64,000 nucleotides of DNA, from positions 18,120,005-18,184,004 of the forward strand of contig CM119268.1 in assembly GCA_051294375.1 (NCBI GenBank). The letters run 5' to 3'. Below, piece by piece: positions 14,634-27,199 of the stretch. A model generated the notes under the pieces. It saw only the letters and a list, made by a program, of their open reading frames with translations. It made no database searches and was not told where the DNA came from. Source of the DNA: Paraspadella gotoi. Lineage: Eukaryota > Animalia > Chaetognatha. The position numbers and the translations under genes were made by a program. Position 1 is the first letter of the stretch. Each line of letters opens with the position of its first letter.

Positions 14634-15071
14634 CCTCATCCTTCCCCTNNNNNNNNNNNNNNNNNNNNNNNNNAATTACGCAAATTTTCTTGTTCTCTGT
14701 AATTAATCTACGCGACGAGGGGCCTCGCGCGTGATTACCCTTTATTCATTTTAGTACTGAAGCCATATTTATCGATCCAACCACGTCTAAAATTGTTTAA
14801 ATAGATTCGATTGGATTGGCCAAATAAGGTAACATTTCCTTCCCTTAATTTTTTTTTTTCGTACAATTTCTTTTCCTCATTTCCCCTTTTTTTTCCTTTC
14901 ATAAATCTTTCTTAAGTTCCTTCATCAAGTTTCTGTTAAACCCATAAAGAGTTAGACGGGATTTTTTTTGAAGAGGAAGAGGGGGAGATTTCCTTCTAGT
15001 GGCGGTTTCCTGTTTTTTTTTTTCTGTTTTTTTGACTCTCTCTCTCTCTCTCTCTCTCTCGTCGTCTCTCT

Positions 15072-15119
<48 letters not shown>

Positions 15120-15988
15120 CTCCTCTATCTTTCTCTCTGTGGTCACAATCCACCCCCCTCCTCCTCAACGACTTTCTTCTTCATCCATTTCATCTAGTTT
15201 TTCCCCTTTCTTCTTCTCCTCTTCCTCTTCTTCTCCTCTCCTCCTCCTCCTTCCTCCTCCTCCTCCTGTCTTTTCTCAAAGTTCACGTTCCCCATCATCG
15301 TGTTTATGCTCACGCAAAAAGACCGCAACTCACAATGAGGAGTGGTGCAGTGGTTCACGGATGAAATCTCTTTTCCGGTTCTGGAAGCGTGCCACTTTTT
15401 TGACGAGACGCGGCCGTGAGTCTGTGTCCAATTCCTCCAAAGCGTTATAGCACTGCTCGTTTTAAAATAGTCTTTTTTCTAAATTCAACTCAAGCTGGAA
15501 TTTCCTGATGCTGAAGCCTGAGGCCCATTGTTTACAAAACAAGCTTAACAGTGATAGATTATTTTCAATCCGTAAATTTTAAAAATCGTTTGAAAAGATT
15601 TAATAAACGGCCAAGTTTTGTAAACAAACTTGGAATTGAATTTTTTTGTGATTCTAATTTCTTTGAATTACTTGAAATCAGATATTTTAGTGCATTTAAT
15701 TATTATTATTATTATTGAAAATGAAAATTTGCAAATTACTTGTTTACTATTTTCTATTTTTCTATTTTAATATTTTAATATTTTTATGAAGGATTTAGTA
15801 TTTAATCTATATTATTTAATCAAACATATATTGCTTTCTTTTTTAAAAATGTTTTATTTATCTAATAATTCAATTTGGGAAGGGGAAGTCAGTGTTGTCT
15901 TCTGGAAATAGAGCAGAGCAGAGCAGAGCATCTATATAACACAAGGTGAGATAGATATCACACATCATTTCTGTTAGAAAGTCATTAA

Positions 15989-16684
15989 TGCCAATGAACG
16001 GACCACGTGGCGTCTGAGGCTGCACTAGTTTCGGTTCAAATGATAAAATTGTTTCCAAGAACAAACATCTTTTACTTTGTTTCAATTATAAAATCACCTT
16101 AATAAAATAATCAACAGCATATTAGATATTCATAGAATATCTAATATGGCATTAACAAACAAAAGCATAACCAAAATCAATACTAACATCAATAAGGAAT
16201 GACATAAATCAATAAAACGATTTTTCAACAATTAGAATAAGTATTTAAAACCTGTAGTGTATAGATAGTAAATGCTGTAGAAATAAATCATTTACAAGAA
16301 GAACTAAGGATCTTAGTGACAATGAGCAAGACATGAGAACCAGTTGAAATACTACTAGAAGTGCTACTTAGTTAAAATATAAGTTGGTAATTTCTCTTGT
16401 TTTAACATAACGAATACAGTAGAATAATTAATGTAATATTGGAATATCTATAATTAACTTATCGTATGTGTGTTGAAGCACTAAGTCTCTGTTTAGTGAA
16501 TGAACAGTCCCGGGATCAAATCCAGGAACAACTCTTTTTATTTTGATTTAGTAAAATCGTTTATTAATCAATTTTGTATATTAGTTTTTAAGTTAAGCGT
16601 TATTTATTAATATCAATTGGCCGATTTGCCAACTCCCTCAGCTTCAAAGGCCCGAAGAATCCATTGAGGTCGATAATGCCCACA
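15989..16684 (-). repeat. 3' LTR (~696 bp, TG...CA)
   Basis: Minus strand reads TGTGGGCATT...ATTGGCA. It is preceded by the purine tract and ends at the point where sequence diverges from the empty site. Confidence 0.85.
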
Positions 16685-16691
16685 TCCCCCC
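16685..16691 (-). promoter_or_regulatory. Polypurine tract (PPT)
   Basis: GGGGGGA directly abuts the TG of the 3' LTR on the minus strand. Confidence 0.8.
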
Positions 16692-17099
16692 AGACGAGGA
16701 AAACCGTTGGAACGAGGAGATATTTTCTTCACGTTGGCTCTTTATCCATTTTTGTGAAGGATGTGGCGCAACACCACATTGTAATTTTGGGGTTGTTGTC
16801 GCCGCAATTTGGCGCTTGAGGCGGCAAAAAGGCGTCTGAGGCTTGGCTCGAGGGACTGGACGAAGGCCAGATCGTCGCGTTGGCGCCACTTCGAGTGACA
16901 CGTATCGGCCGTGGTGGAGGACTGTGAGGGTGACCGTTTCGCCATGGGATGGGCGTGGCGGAAGTGATTCGTTTCGCTCTTTGGTTTTTGCACTGTTACT
17001 GGGTTTTGGGCCGAGGGCGCGACTGGCGTCGACGGGACTGGAGAGAGTGCTTGTGCGGGCATTTCAAGCTTGGAGGCTTCCTCTTAGCGGCGTTGTTGT

Positions 17100-20060
17100 C
17101 TTTATCGTCCTCGACGTGGCCGGTTACGCGGGTGTAACTGCGACGGTCTCAAACACCTCTTACCGGGATTTAGTCAATCTTAAATTTTATGTCTCTTGAC
17201 CGTGACGCGGAAAGGGCCCTCGTTTGGTGCAGTGAGAGGCGGGAGTTAATGCCGCCGCGTCGGCATTGAAAAATGTGCTGCACGTTCGCGAGGCTGTCCG
17301 GGAGTGTACCCGAGGTCTTCTGTGTCTGCTGGGTTGGCGCGGGTTTTGGAGCCGCTCGAGCTTCCATTCGAGTTCATCTCTGAGGCTGTCGCCGCGAGAT
17401 TCTCGTTTCTTCCGCCTCAGATTGGCTCGGATCCAGGATGTCGCCAGGGGACTGTGAGGCGTCTCGTAGACCAACTAGGGCTGGGACGCACCACATCCGG
17501 CTATGATGGTGGTGCGGATGCGAAAGATTGCCTGAAGGGGAGTCTCCAATACCAGCCACTGGGCGTCATCGTGGAGATTGCAATGAGAGATTCCTTTTAG
17601 GCGACGAATGAATCGGACTCGACCAGCCGTTTGCTTCTGGATGGTAGGCTGTAAGTCAAACGAAGTTTTAGTCAACTCCACGTTTTTGGCGAGTTTGTTC
17701 GCCAGATTTGCTGATGAAAATGGTTGAGCCGCGGATTCCGTGGTGATTTCAGCGGGAGATGCCGGAAAAATAGCGACCCAGTGATGCGCGAATGTGTCCG
17801 GCAACGGTGGTTCAGTAATGTCTTTGATTGGGCGCCGCTATTTGGCCATCTTCGTAAAAATCATTTCGACGGCGGTGAGGAGGTACGTGAAGCCGTTTGA
17901 CACGAGGCATCTCTTAACGACGCGTCCACGTGCCACGTGCTGAAACGGCGTTGCAGGCACTACGAACTCGCCGATTCCGGAATGACGTGGCGCGTCACCT
18001 TAGCGCGCTGGCAGGCAAGTGCACTCGCGGCGCCCAACGTGTCACATCCGCGCGCATGGATGCCAAGACAAATTTACTCGGCCACGGCCGTCTCGCCGTT
18101 CTCGCGACGCCTAGGATTGGCCGAGATCATGAATTGTTTGAAAAACTCTTCGGCGCCAGGCCTCTGGGATACACGAACGGCCTGGGTCGGCCGTTGGACG
18201 ACGTCGACGACGAATCGTTTTTCATTTCAGTTGGATGCGTCTGAAATGGAGCCCTGTTGGTTGGATCTTGGAAGAGTCGGCAAAAATCTCGGAGTCTAAC
18301 GGTTGTTGCCGCGCCATCTCGACGGAAGGTCGACGCCTTGATGCTGAATGACCGCAACAAGAGGGCGAGGTGTTCTGATTTCTCGGCACGCAACGGTCTG
18401 CTAGAGATATTTGGAGCCTTGCGGTTGGGGCGAGAAGAGGGACGTCGGCCACGCGTTGGCCTTGCCCTCGACATGCCGGATATCCGTAGGATATTCAGAA
18501 ATAGCCGAGAGTTGAACAAAGTCTGGCGGGCTGTCTGAGGTTCCGTTTTTTTTTGTTGCGAGGGCGGTGAATTAGACTCATGTGATCTGTATTAGGACAA
18601 ACGTACGACCTCCAAACCGAATAGGTCGAAATGTCTGATGGCCTCGAAAGGCGCCATATAACTCCCATGTCGAAGGGTAGGCCATTTCCTATTGGGCGTC
18701 ACTCAACTTGGCAGAGAAAAAGGCCATGGAATCCCAGCCTTATCGACCCACGCTGCTCCAGGACGGCTCCTACGGCCGGGTCAGAATGCGTCAGTCGTCA
18801 GCGAAATAGCGGCGCCGGGTTTTCGGATGCACGGAGGGGACGCGTTCGCTAGGGCCTCCTTGGACGGCCGTCGAATCCGCAGGCTCGACAATTTGGCGTT
18901 GCCACTCACAGCGCCGCGGCTTCCCTTTGAGGGCATCGTAAAGCGGCGTTGCGTGAATGAGCCACCCTCGGATGCAAACGTCGATTAATAGTTTATCATC
19001 ACCGAGGAAAGTTGCAGTTCTTTGAACGGTTGTCGTGAGGTGCTAGCGAGAATCTCGCGAAGGCATGTTTCACACGCGGGTGAGGGAGTGGGTTTCACGC
19101 CGTCGCCGTCGACATTAGACGTAGCGAATCCAGAGACTCCTCGCCCAAGGACTGCATTTTCTTACGAATGATGACGAGACCGTTCTCCTTGTAGCGCCTC
19201 AAAAACCTCCTCGAGATCCTTGCGCTGCTTGCTGCTCGTCATCCTCGCTTGCGAACCAGTATGTCGTCCAGGTAGACATACACGCGAGGCAGTGCCGCCA
19301 AGTATTTCGTCCAGAGACGTGGGAAGTCTATGTCCTGCGTTTTAAACCAAAGGGAGTCCGAGGAAAAAGTAGAGGCCAAAAAAAGGCTGTAATGACGGGG
19401 CCGTTTGGCACATTCCTCAGGCGCCACCGCGGATTCTGGTGCGTAACCTTTCAAGAGGTTTCAATCTTCGGCAGAACCACCTTCATTGCCTGCCAACGGG
19501 CGGCTTAAAAGTCCAGCTAGCAACTTCACCGGATATCGATCTGGGATTGGTCTGCGGTTGAGCTTGGCGTTAGTTCACCGCAGGACTCAGCCAACCTCCA
19601 GTCTCCTTTAGGGACGCATTAGTTGGCAGGGGCGAGGACCGATGGACTCTTATGCCCGGACTGCCACCGAAGCTCCACCATTTTGTCCAATTCAGCCTTA
19701 GCACCGCCACTTTTCGGTGAAAGGCGGCGTGCACGTGCCTGACATAGGGCGTCCTTGCGTCGCTGATTGTAGTGACGAATTCCATGTTTGGGTTTCTTTG
19801 ATTTCGAACGTGTCGTTGCATAGGGCGGCGTAGCGGTCGAGCAGTTGATAAAACTGGCTGTCTTGACGGCGAAGGATGGACAGTGGGAAACAGCATTGGC
19901 CATGATGCTCCGGGCACATTTAGATTGTCGAATATTCTTGAGTCGAGGAGTAAACATGCTCGGTGGTTGGGGGCGACGGAAATATTGCGCCAAAAATCTG
20001 TGCGCGAGAATACTCTGCGTGACGTCAGCGATTAAACTTTCAAAATGGGAACCGATCTGG
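17100..20060 (-). pseudogene. pol: Gypsy pol (protease tail, RT, RNase H, integrase), multiply frameshifted as assembled
   Basis: Motifs in order: LIADVTQSIL (~20010-20040); KHGIRHY, ARARRLSP and AKAELDKMVEL (19670-19790); PDRYP (~19530-19545); VYVYLDDIL (YLDD 19263-19274); AISLTTDA (~18787-18810); TDIRHVEGKANA (~18452-18490); HHCC-region remnants (~18000-18130); SNGFTYLLTAV (~17868-17900); HWVAIF/EITT (17740-17790); GPF (~17210). Confidence 0.92.
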
Positions 20061-20074
20061 GACCCAGAGTAATG

Positions 20075-20376
20075 TTTCTCTTGTTTTAACATAACAGAAA
20101 TAACATGCTTAGAATAATTAATGTAATCTTGGAATATCTATAATTAAATTATCGTTGTGGTGTGAAGCACTAAGTCTCTGTTAGTGAAATGAACAGTCAC
20201 CGCGGATCAAATCGGGAGACAACTCATTTTTTATTTATGATTTAGATAAAATCGGTTTTATTAATCAATTTGATTATAATAGTTAGTTTTAACGTTAAGG
20301 TTATTTATATATTAATTGGGCGATTTTGCCCAACCCCTCAGCTTCAAAGGCGAAAAATCCTGGGTCGAATCCCACA
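20075..20376 (-). repeat. Truncated 5' LTR (first ~300 bp only)
   Basis: Aligns by eye to 16390-16684 and joins directly to the pol protease region. Confidence 0.85.
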
Positions 20377-22247
20377 ATTAATGATTTATTGAAATATGAA
20401 ATTGCAAATACTTGTATTTTCATATTTATCATTTTATTATTAATTCGTTGTATAAGATTTAGTATTTAATCTATATTATTAATCAAACATATATTGCTTT
20501 TCTTTTTAAAAAATGTGTTTATTTATCCTACATAACTTCAATTTGGAAGTGGGAAGTCAGTATTGTTTCTGGAAATAGAGCAGAGCCAGAGCAGAAGAGC
20601 ATCTATATAAACACACGACGGCTGATAGATAGAATCACTTCACACACAGCTTCTGTTAGAAGTCATTAATTGAAAAAACATAATATCTAAGAGGAATCTG
20701 AACGAAAGGGGTGGGGAATGGATAATTTTATGAGGCGGGACCAACGTATAATAGTGATTTTTTTTACAATAGTAATAAGTGACTAACCATGTAGAATTGT
20801 ATGTGTCTAGAATCAGGGATACATAACTGTGGGAAGGTTTCATTTAGGGGACCTTCATGGTCATGGAAAGTAAATTAATATTTTTCTATCAACAACAATT
20901 GTACTTCCGACCTCTGGACTTCTTATTTCTTATCATCACTATCCTATCTCCTTTAGATTTACTTTCTTCTTTCTGGAAATAAAGTTTTTTATCTTTTATG
21001 TTTATACAATGGGCGGAATTACAGCACGTATCAGTTCGGGCAATCTATACCGTTCCATTGGACTCTCTCGGCTCTTTAAATCTTCCAATCCGAATATTAA
21101 TTGCATATCTAATTATTCATCCATTGATATTATCGTATTATTACTCGAATATCGTTACTCCTTAACTTATATAATTAGTCTATTATTATTTTACTATCCG
21201 TTCAATATTATGTTATTTATCCCTTATTAGAGTGGTATTATAACTACTATAAATAATATCTAGACCACCGATGAACCAAACAGGGACCAGCCACTCAAAA
21301 CCCTACCGGTTTACTCACCCTAGCAGAAGCTCTCTTCTGGCTTCTCTCTCAAATCTGACCAAAGAGCCGCTTCGCAGCCATCCTGGCGCGCTTGCCGGCC
21401 GGCAGCTACAGGACACGTCCGGCTCCAGGCCCTGGCCGGCGTTTCGGTAACGGCGCCCCCCTCGGCAATGGAGAACCCTCCTGTCAGTGGGAAAAAGGTA
21501 AAAGTGAGAGTCGGTAGAGAAAAAAAAAGGGGAAATTCTAAAGGTAGAGAATAAAAAAATGGATTAAAAAAATAGAAAAGGTTAAAGTTTTAAAACTTAT
21601 TCACTCTCGTTGATTTTTTATCAAATTTTTATAATATTAATTTTTTTACTCCTATTTTTGAAACATGAAAATTGAAAGCAAAATAGAATATTGTCAAAAA
21701 CAAATAAATAAACATAAAACAGATCAACTTACTGAAAAATGAGATACGACCGAAAACCTCAATTGAATCTTTTGAATTTTTTTTTTTTATTTTTTGTTTA
21801 TACAATTCATTTCGATTTTTTTTTATTAACAGTTTACATATGTGGTCTTTCTGTTGTTAATTCGAACATCCTCTCTCTCTCCTTTTTCTAATAGATTTAA
21901 TTTTTTTTTTCATTTTTAAATTTAATTTTTTTTAAATTTTATCCCCGCAGAAAAAAGTATTTGTCGAAGAATTTAAAATTAAAAGCAGATCGTAAAATTT
22001 AAAGTGTGAATAAGTGAATTTAGGAAAGGGAATGGTGATGTGGGGAGAGGAGAGAGATCAGAGAGAGAAGGAGATGCGCGCATAAGCTAATTTCCGAGTT
22101 GAATAAAGAAAAAACCTGAAGGTCAGGATGTGTTTTTGACAACCTTATCTTAAGCTGGGTGACAAACGCCAATGAAAATGGCATCGTTCTCTCTCTCTCT
22201 CTTCCCTCTTTTTTCTTCTCTCTCTCTCTCTCTCTCTCTTCTCTTCT

Positions 22248-22294
<47 letters not shown>

Positions 22295-23081
22295 TCCCAG
22301 AGAATGAACGTCGCTTGAATGTGTTAAACGTGTGAAATCAAAAATGAAGGACAAAATATTCGTGGAAGTGAAAAATGAAGTTTGGATATAAGAGAAAAAA
22401 GATAATGACGCGTGATGATTGAGAGGGGAGACGCATTCTCGGTTTTTAGTAGAGAGTGAGAGTGACGAGAGAGAGAGGAGGAGCGACCGAGAGGAGAGAG
22501 CGACATGAGGAGGGAGAGAGAGAGGAGAGGAAAGAGATGAAGAGAGCACTATTTTCCGCCAAGCTTTCACTTAAATCCGTCGTGTTATTTGTAACGCTCA
22601 AAGTTAGGAATGTTGAATTGACCATCATCACGCCTGAGCGGAGAGGAAAATCACAGGGATGAAATTATCGAATTTGAACCAAATGAATTTATCATGAGGG
22701 TGAGAGTTGAATTTAAAAACAATTTCCCAGAGGTTAATGGAGAGCTTAGTACTAAAAACTAAGATTTTTTGAGTCACTCATCAGCTTTGTTTGATTTTCA
22801 TCCAAAATTAAAAACAAAATAAAGACCAAGGCAAAATCCGAGCGTCTGTCTGTCTTTCTCTCCTCTTGGGCAATCAAAGACAATTTGAGAGACAGAATCT
22901 AATCATAACCGACACCATGAGAAACGATGGAGGCTCCAGAGGGCGGGAACCGAATCCGGGTTGAAAGGTGAAAAAAATTTAAGAATCATGCTAGGAAGAT
23001 AGTAAAAAAGGCGGTTTTGGTTTTTATTTTGATGAGGAGAGAGAGAGAGAGAGAGAGAAGAGATGAGAGAGAGAGAGACGA

Positions 23082-23112
<31 letters not shown>

Positions 23113-23881
23113 TTAAATGAAGAAAAAGGATGGGGATTAGTGAGGATTGCGGAAGCGATACTCTCTTGCTATCAAAATCTGCGTATCAAAAAAATTTCTT
23201 GATTCGTTTTTTTTTGCAGTGAGCGGAAAAAAAACCAATCAAATGTATTTCTTTGTTTCACGAAAAACAAAAACTAAATTAACAAAAAGTTCAATTTTGT
23301 TGTGAGGAAAAATGAGAGCCACAAGAAGTAAGAAAATTAAAAATTAAAAAAAAACTTCAACTTTTTAAAATAAAATGGTGAAATACTTTCTTGCTGTTGA
23401 TATATTCTCGAAATAAACGTTCCATGTTTGTTGTCTAAGATGCGGATTTCGACAAGTTAAAAAGACGAAAATTTATATACAGGGAACGACTAAAAATCCG
23501 GTATTTTTAAAAAAAAAGAAGTTAGTTTTTTTAATTTAAGTTTTTTTTCTTTTTATAAGATAATTCTTCGGTTTTTGTGTTTGTCTTAGTCGCTGTCATC
23601 GTTGTCAATTCGTTGTCATCGTCATACTAAATTATAAATTAGTGGATCGCCCATCGAAATTTTCTTTATGGCAACCGATAAACACGAATTGGCAACAACA
23701 ATCTTTTTCACACAGAGGAATGGAATGGCATAATGCCGTATCATGCCATACTGCGGTCGTTTGGCTTAAACGGATTCTCCTATGCATGATTTCAGCCTTG
23801 ACTGAAAACCATTACAGCGTTTTACCTTTACTTCCCGGACCATTATAATTCTCATTTTATCGTTCAAAACTCGTCTCTCTT

Positions 23882-23918
<37 letters not shown>

Positions 23919-24296
23919 TCTTCTCTCTCTTCTCTACTCTCTCGTCTCTCTCTCTCTTTCTGTTTTTGTCTATCTTTCATCTGGAAGAAGGAGGTCATAA
24001 TTTCGCATCATTTTTTTCTTTCACAAAATTGGTTCCAACGGAAGGGCTGAGGAGTAAGTTCGAAATTTGAGGTGAGACGCGTAGAGAGGCGTCAGTTTGT
24101 TCGATCGATCGCGCAACTCGATCTCCTTTTTTGTTTTAATTAAGAAAGACGACGACGAAGACGACGACGACGCGATGGAGAACAACGATGGACTACAACC
24201 ATCGACCAAGAATTCTCAAAACCTTTTTGAAATAATCCTCTAACCCGGGATGTATAAATTTGATCTTAAAACGACTCCACCTTCTATCCGAGGGAA

Positions 24297-24371
<75 letters not shown>

Positions 24372-25939
24372 TCTCCTCTCTCTCTCTCTCTCTCTCCCCC
24401 TTCAAGTGTTTTTCATTTTTCAGGTCTCTTTTAAATTCTCGAATTGTCATAACGCATATATATCCTCCTTGATAACCCCTTACTCCTTATTTTACGGCAT
24501 TATCCTGTTACCATCCTCGGAATAACACTCATCTTGTCTTTCTTCTCTCTTAATCCTCTCTTTCTTTCTCTTTTCGACTCTTCTCTCTTCAACTTACTTC
24601 TTTCTCCCACTTTTTCGTATCTTTTTATATCGCTGCTTTTGGCAAAAGTATCGTGGAATATTGCTGTACGTAATACTTAATATTTTTAGGTTTGTCATCA
24701 CCTAAATTAGTCAAGATGAAGAACAATGAGGTGATAGAAGACAAAAATGAGGTGTTTTAGAAATTTAAAATTGATGTGATAGACCAAAAGACCGATCGAG
24801 GAACAAGGAAATGAATTAGTTCCCTGACAGCGGGTCTGTTTCAAGTTTTCAATCCAAACCAGCGATTTCTATCGTGTAGGTAAGGGCAATGATTGATTCT
24901 CTTTCAAGGTAAGTTGAAGTTCGTCTCGAATGATGGATGAGATGTTTTTAGTCAGTCAGAAGGAAAACCTGTCTTTAAGCAAGGATGCGAAACAAAAGCG
25001 GAGAATATCATCGGTCTTTCCTGTTAAATTACAGGGGACGTTTGATGTAACCGAGGATTCTGAAACGGCTCGATGAAAAAAAAATATGAGTTTCAGTTCC
25101 CGATCCGCTTAATTTGATTGAAAAAGGATTCTTCCATTTTCTTTCATTCTTTCAAAGCCCAAAAACCTAAAACCTTAAAACCTTAAACCTTAAAACCCTG
25201 GTTCCTCTTTGTCGAACGTCTTCGTCGTCTCACCGGTCGCCGTAAGCGTCGTTCATCGTTCAACTAAATCCCTCCCCATCAAAAAATCGGATGGAGGTCG
25301 AAACGATTTTTGTGGTCAGAGATATTTGTGAGTCTTTCAATTCCTTCAACGTCTTCTCTCTCTCTCTCTTCTCTCTCTCATCTCTCCTTCCTCTCTCTCT
25401 CTCTCTCTCTCTCTCTCCTACTCTTTTCTGTCTCTCGGCTTAGTTGGCGTGTGGTGGGGTGGCGGTTGGGTGCTGGCGTGGTGAGGCTGTGCGTCGCAGG
25501 CGTGGGTTGGTGTTGTTGTTCAGCTGGTTGGTGCGCGCGGTGGCTGAGTGTGTGTGCGGTTGCGAGGAGATGTGAGTTGCCGAGAGATAAAGATGCATGA
25601 GAGGGGTGATGACGTAGATGTGGTGGGTGGCGTGTGTGGAGTGAGCGTCGTGGAAGAGTGTGGGGGGTGTGAGTTGTGTTGGATGGTGTGAGTTGAGAGA
25701 GATGTGGTGAGAGAGTAGTGGTGGCGAGGCGTGTGGGAAGATGTAGTGTGTGGGTGCGTGGTGTGGGAGTGGGTGAGAAGTGAGAAGAGTGGTGTGGAGA
25801 AGAGAGGCTGGACGTGGGTGGCCGGGTGCTCGTGAGGTTTTGGTTGGTGAAAGGCTGTGCGCAAGACGTGCTAGAGGAAGTGCCGCCGCGAGAGAGCGGA
25901 TGTGGAAGAAGAGAGAGAGGAGAGAGAGAAGAGAGAGAC

Positions 25940-25985
<46 letters not shown>

Positions 25986-26421
25986 CTAGCAAGGGGGGCC
26001 GGACGGAGGTCGTCCGATCCCGAGGGGCTGAGAAGGCCCTTCCCAAAAAAAGGGTGATGATCTTCCGCTCGAACCAAATTCGCTATTTCTCTCTTTTTTC
26101 TGTTACGTTCAACTGTTGCCTTTTCTTTCTTTTTCGATTTTCTTTGTTTCTTTTCGTCCGCATTTTGTTTTGGATGAGTTTCTGAAAAGTTGTCGAAATT
26201 TGCGAGCGCGCGCGATGAACAGGCGCGGGACTCATTGGCGGAAGTTGCACAGAAAGAAAAATGTAATTGAAAGGTCGATTTAATGTTTCCGAGTCTTCTT
26301 CTCTCTCTCTCTACTCTCTCTCTCTCTCCTCTCTCTCTCTTCTCTCTATCTCTCTTTCTCTATTCTCTATCTCTATCTCTATTCTATCTCTCTCTCTCTC
26401 TCTTCTCTTCTTTCTCTCTCT

Positions 26422-26474
<53 letters not shown>

Positions 26475-27199
26475 TCTCTCCCTAACCCGCTCTCCCCTTA
26501 TCCACTTTTTCGATCGCTGGACGTCTCGAAATTCCGGGAGAGAAAACAAATGCTTTCGTATGCAAATGAGATTTAAGGATCGCCGGCGACAGACCGGTAA
26601 CTCGTCGAGTGATGGAGATGGCGATGAAGGACCGTCTCGCTCTCTGTCTCGCTCCGTTTGCTCTGCGTCTCGCACTCGCGCGCCGTTCGTCTTTCCGCGC
26701 TTCGAATTCACGACTTTCTTTCTTTGCATTTTTTAAACTTGTTTTTTTTTAAGTACAATTATATTTTTCTTTTTAACGCGGGGCGTGATACTTGGCGGTG
26801 TGTGGGCGAGTTTCGTTGTGCGTTGTTTCGTTGCGGTGAGTGTATCTTGGCCGATGGATTGCGCGTTTGTCGTGCCTTGAATTTCCTGTCCCCTGGCGGT
26901 CCGGGCTTGCGTGTGGCCGTGTGGGGATATTTGTGAGTTGGAGAGGTGTGGTGGCGTGGCGTAGATGCCTTCCTATTTTTTCTCTTTATTTGCGTTGTCA
27001 TCGGATTTTTTCTATTTGAGAAGGACTTTTTTTCTGTTCGGAGCGTGCGAGGGTTGTATTCTTGCAGCAAGAGAGAGAGCGAAACTTGTGAGGCGTGTCG
27101 TTGTTGTCATCTGTTGAAATGAGGGAGGCGAGTCGGCGTTAACGAGACCCGAGATGATTGATCTCTCTCTTTGTNNNNNNNNNNNNNNNNNNNNNNNNN

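Larger units (their letters stand above)
5608..14648 (+). repeat. Redundant block A, copy 1 (carries the empty retrotransposon site)
   Basis: Anchor 'acgcaaatttcttgttctctgtaattaatctacgcgacgagg' (~5611) recurs at 14678, and 'cgctcaaaagttaggaatgtgaatgacatc' (8681) recurs at ~22596 and 27200. Copies are colinear with many 1-nt indels. Confidence 0.93.
15989..20376 (-). mobile_element. Ty3/Gypsy LTR retrotransposon, internally deleted (no gag or PBS), probably CsRn1/Kabuki/Boudicca-like
   Basis: Minus-strand pol with domain order PR tail-RT-RNaseH-IN. The ~300-bp terminal direct repeats (16390-16684 vs ~20075-20376) both begin TGTGGG on the minus strand. ATTAA flanks both ends (15984-15988, 20377-20381). 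The clade is inferred from the GGW..PCG and PDRYP RT motifs. Confidence 0.93.
14674..27174 (+). repeat. Redundant block A, copy 2 (matches ~5608-12960; carries the Gypsy insertion; low base quality)
   Basis: Starts right after a 25-N gap and is colinear with copy 1. Contains garbled G/T-rich stretches at ~25440-25900 and ~26780-27170. Confidence 0.92.

Noticed and set aside
25440-25900. G/T-rich His/Thr ORFs unique to block A copy 2
   Set aside because: They replace ordinary sequence present in copies 1 and 3 and look like low-quality single-read noise.
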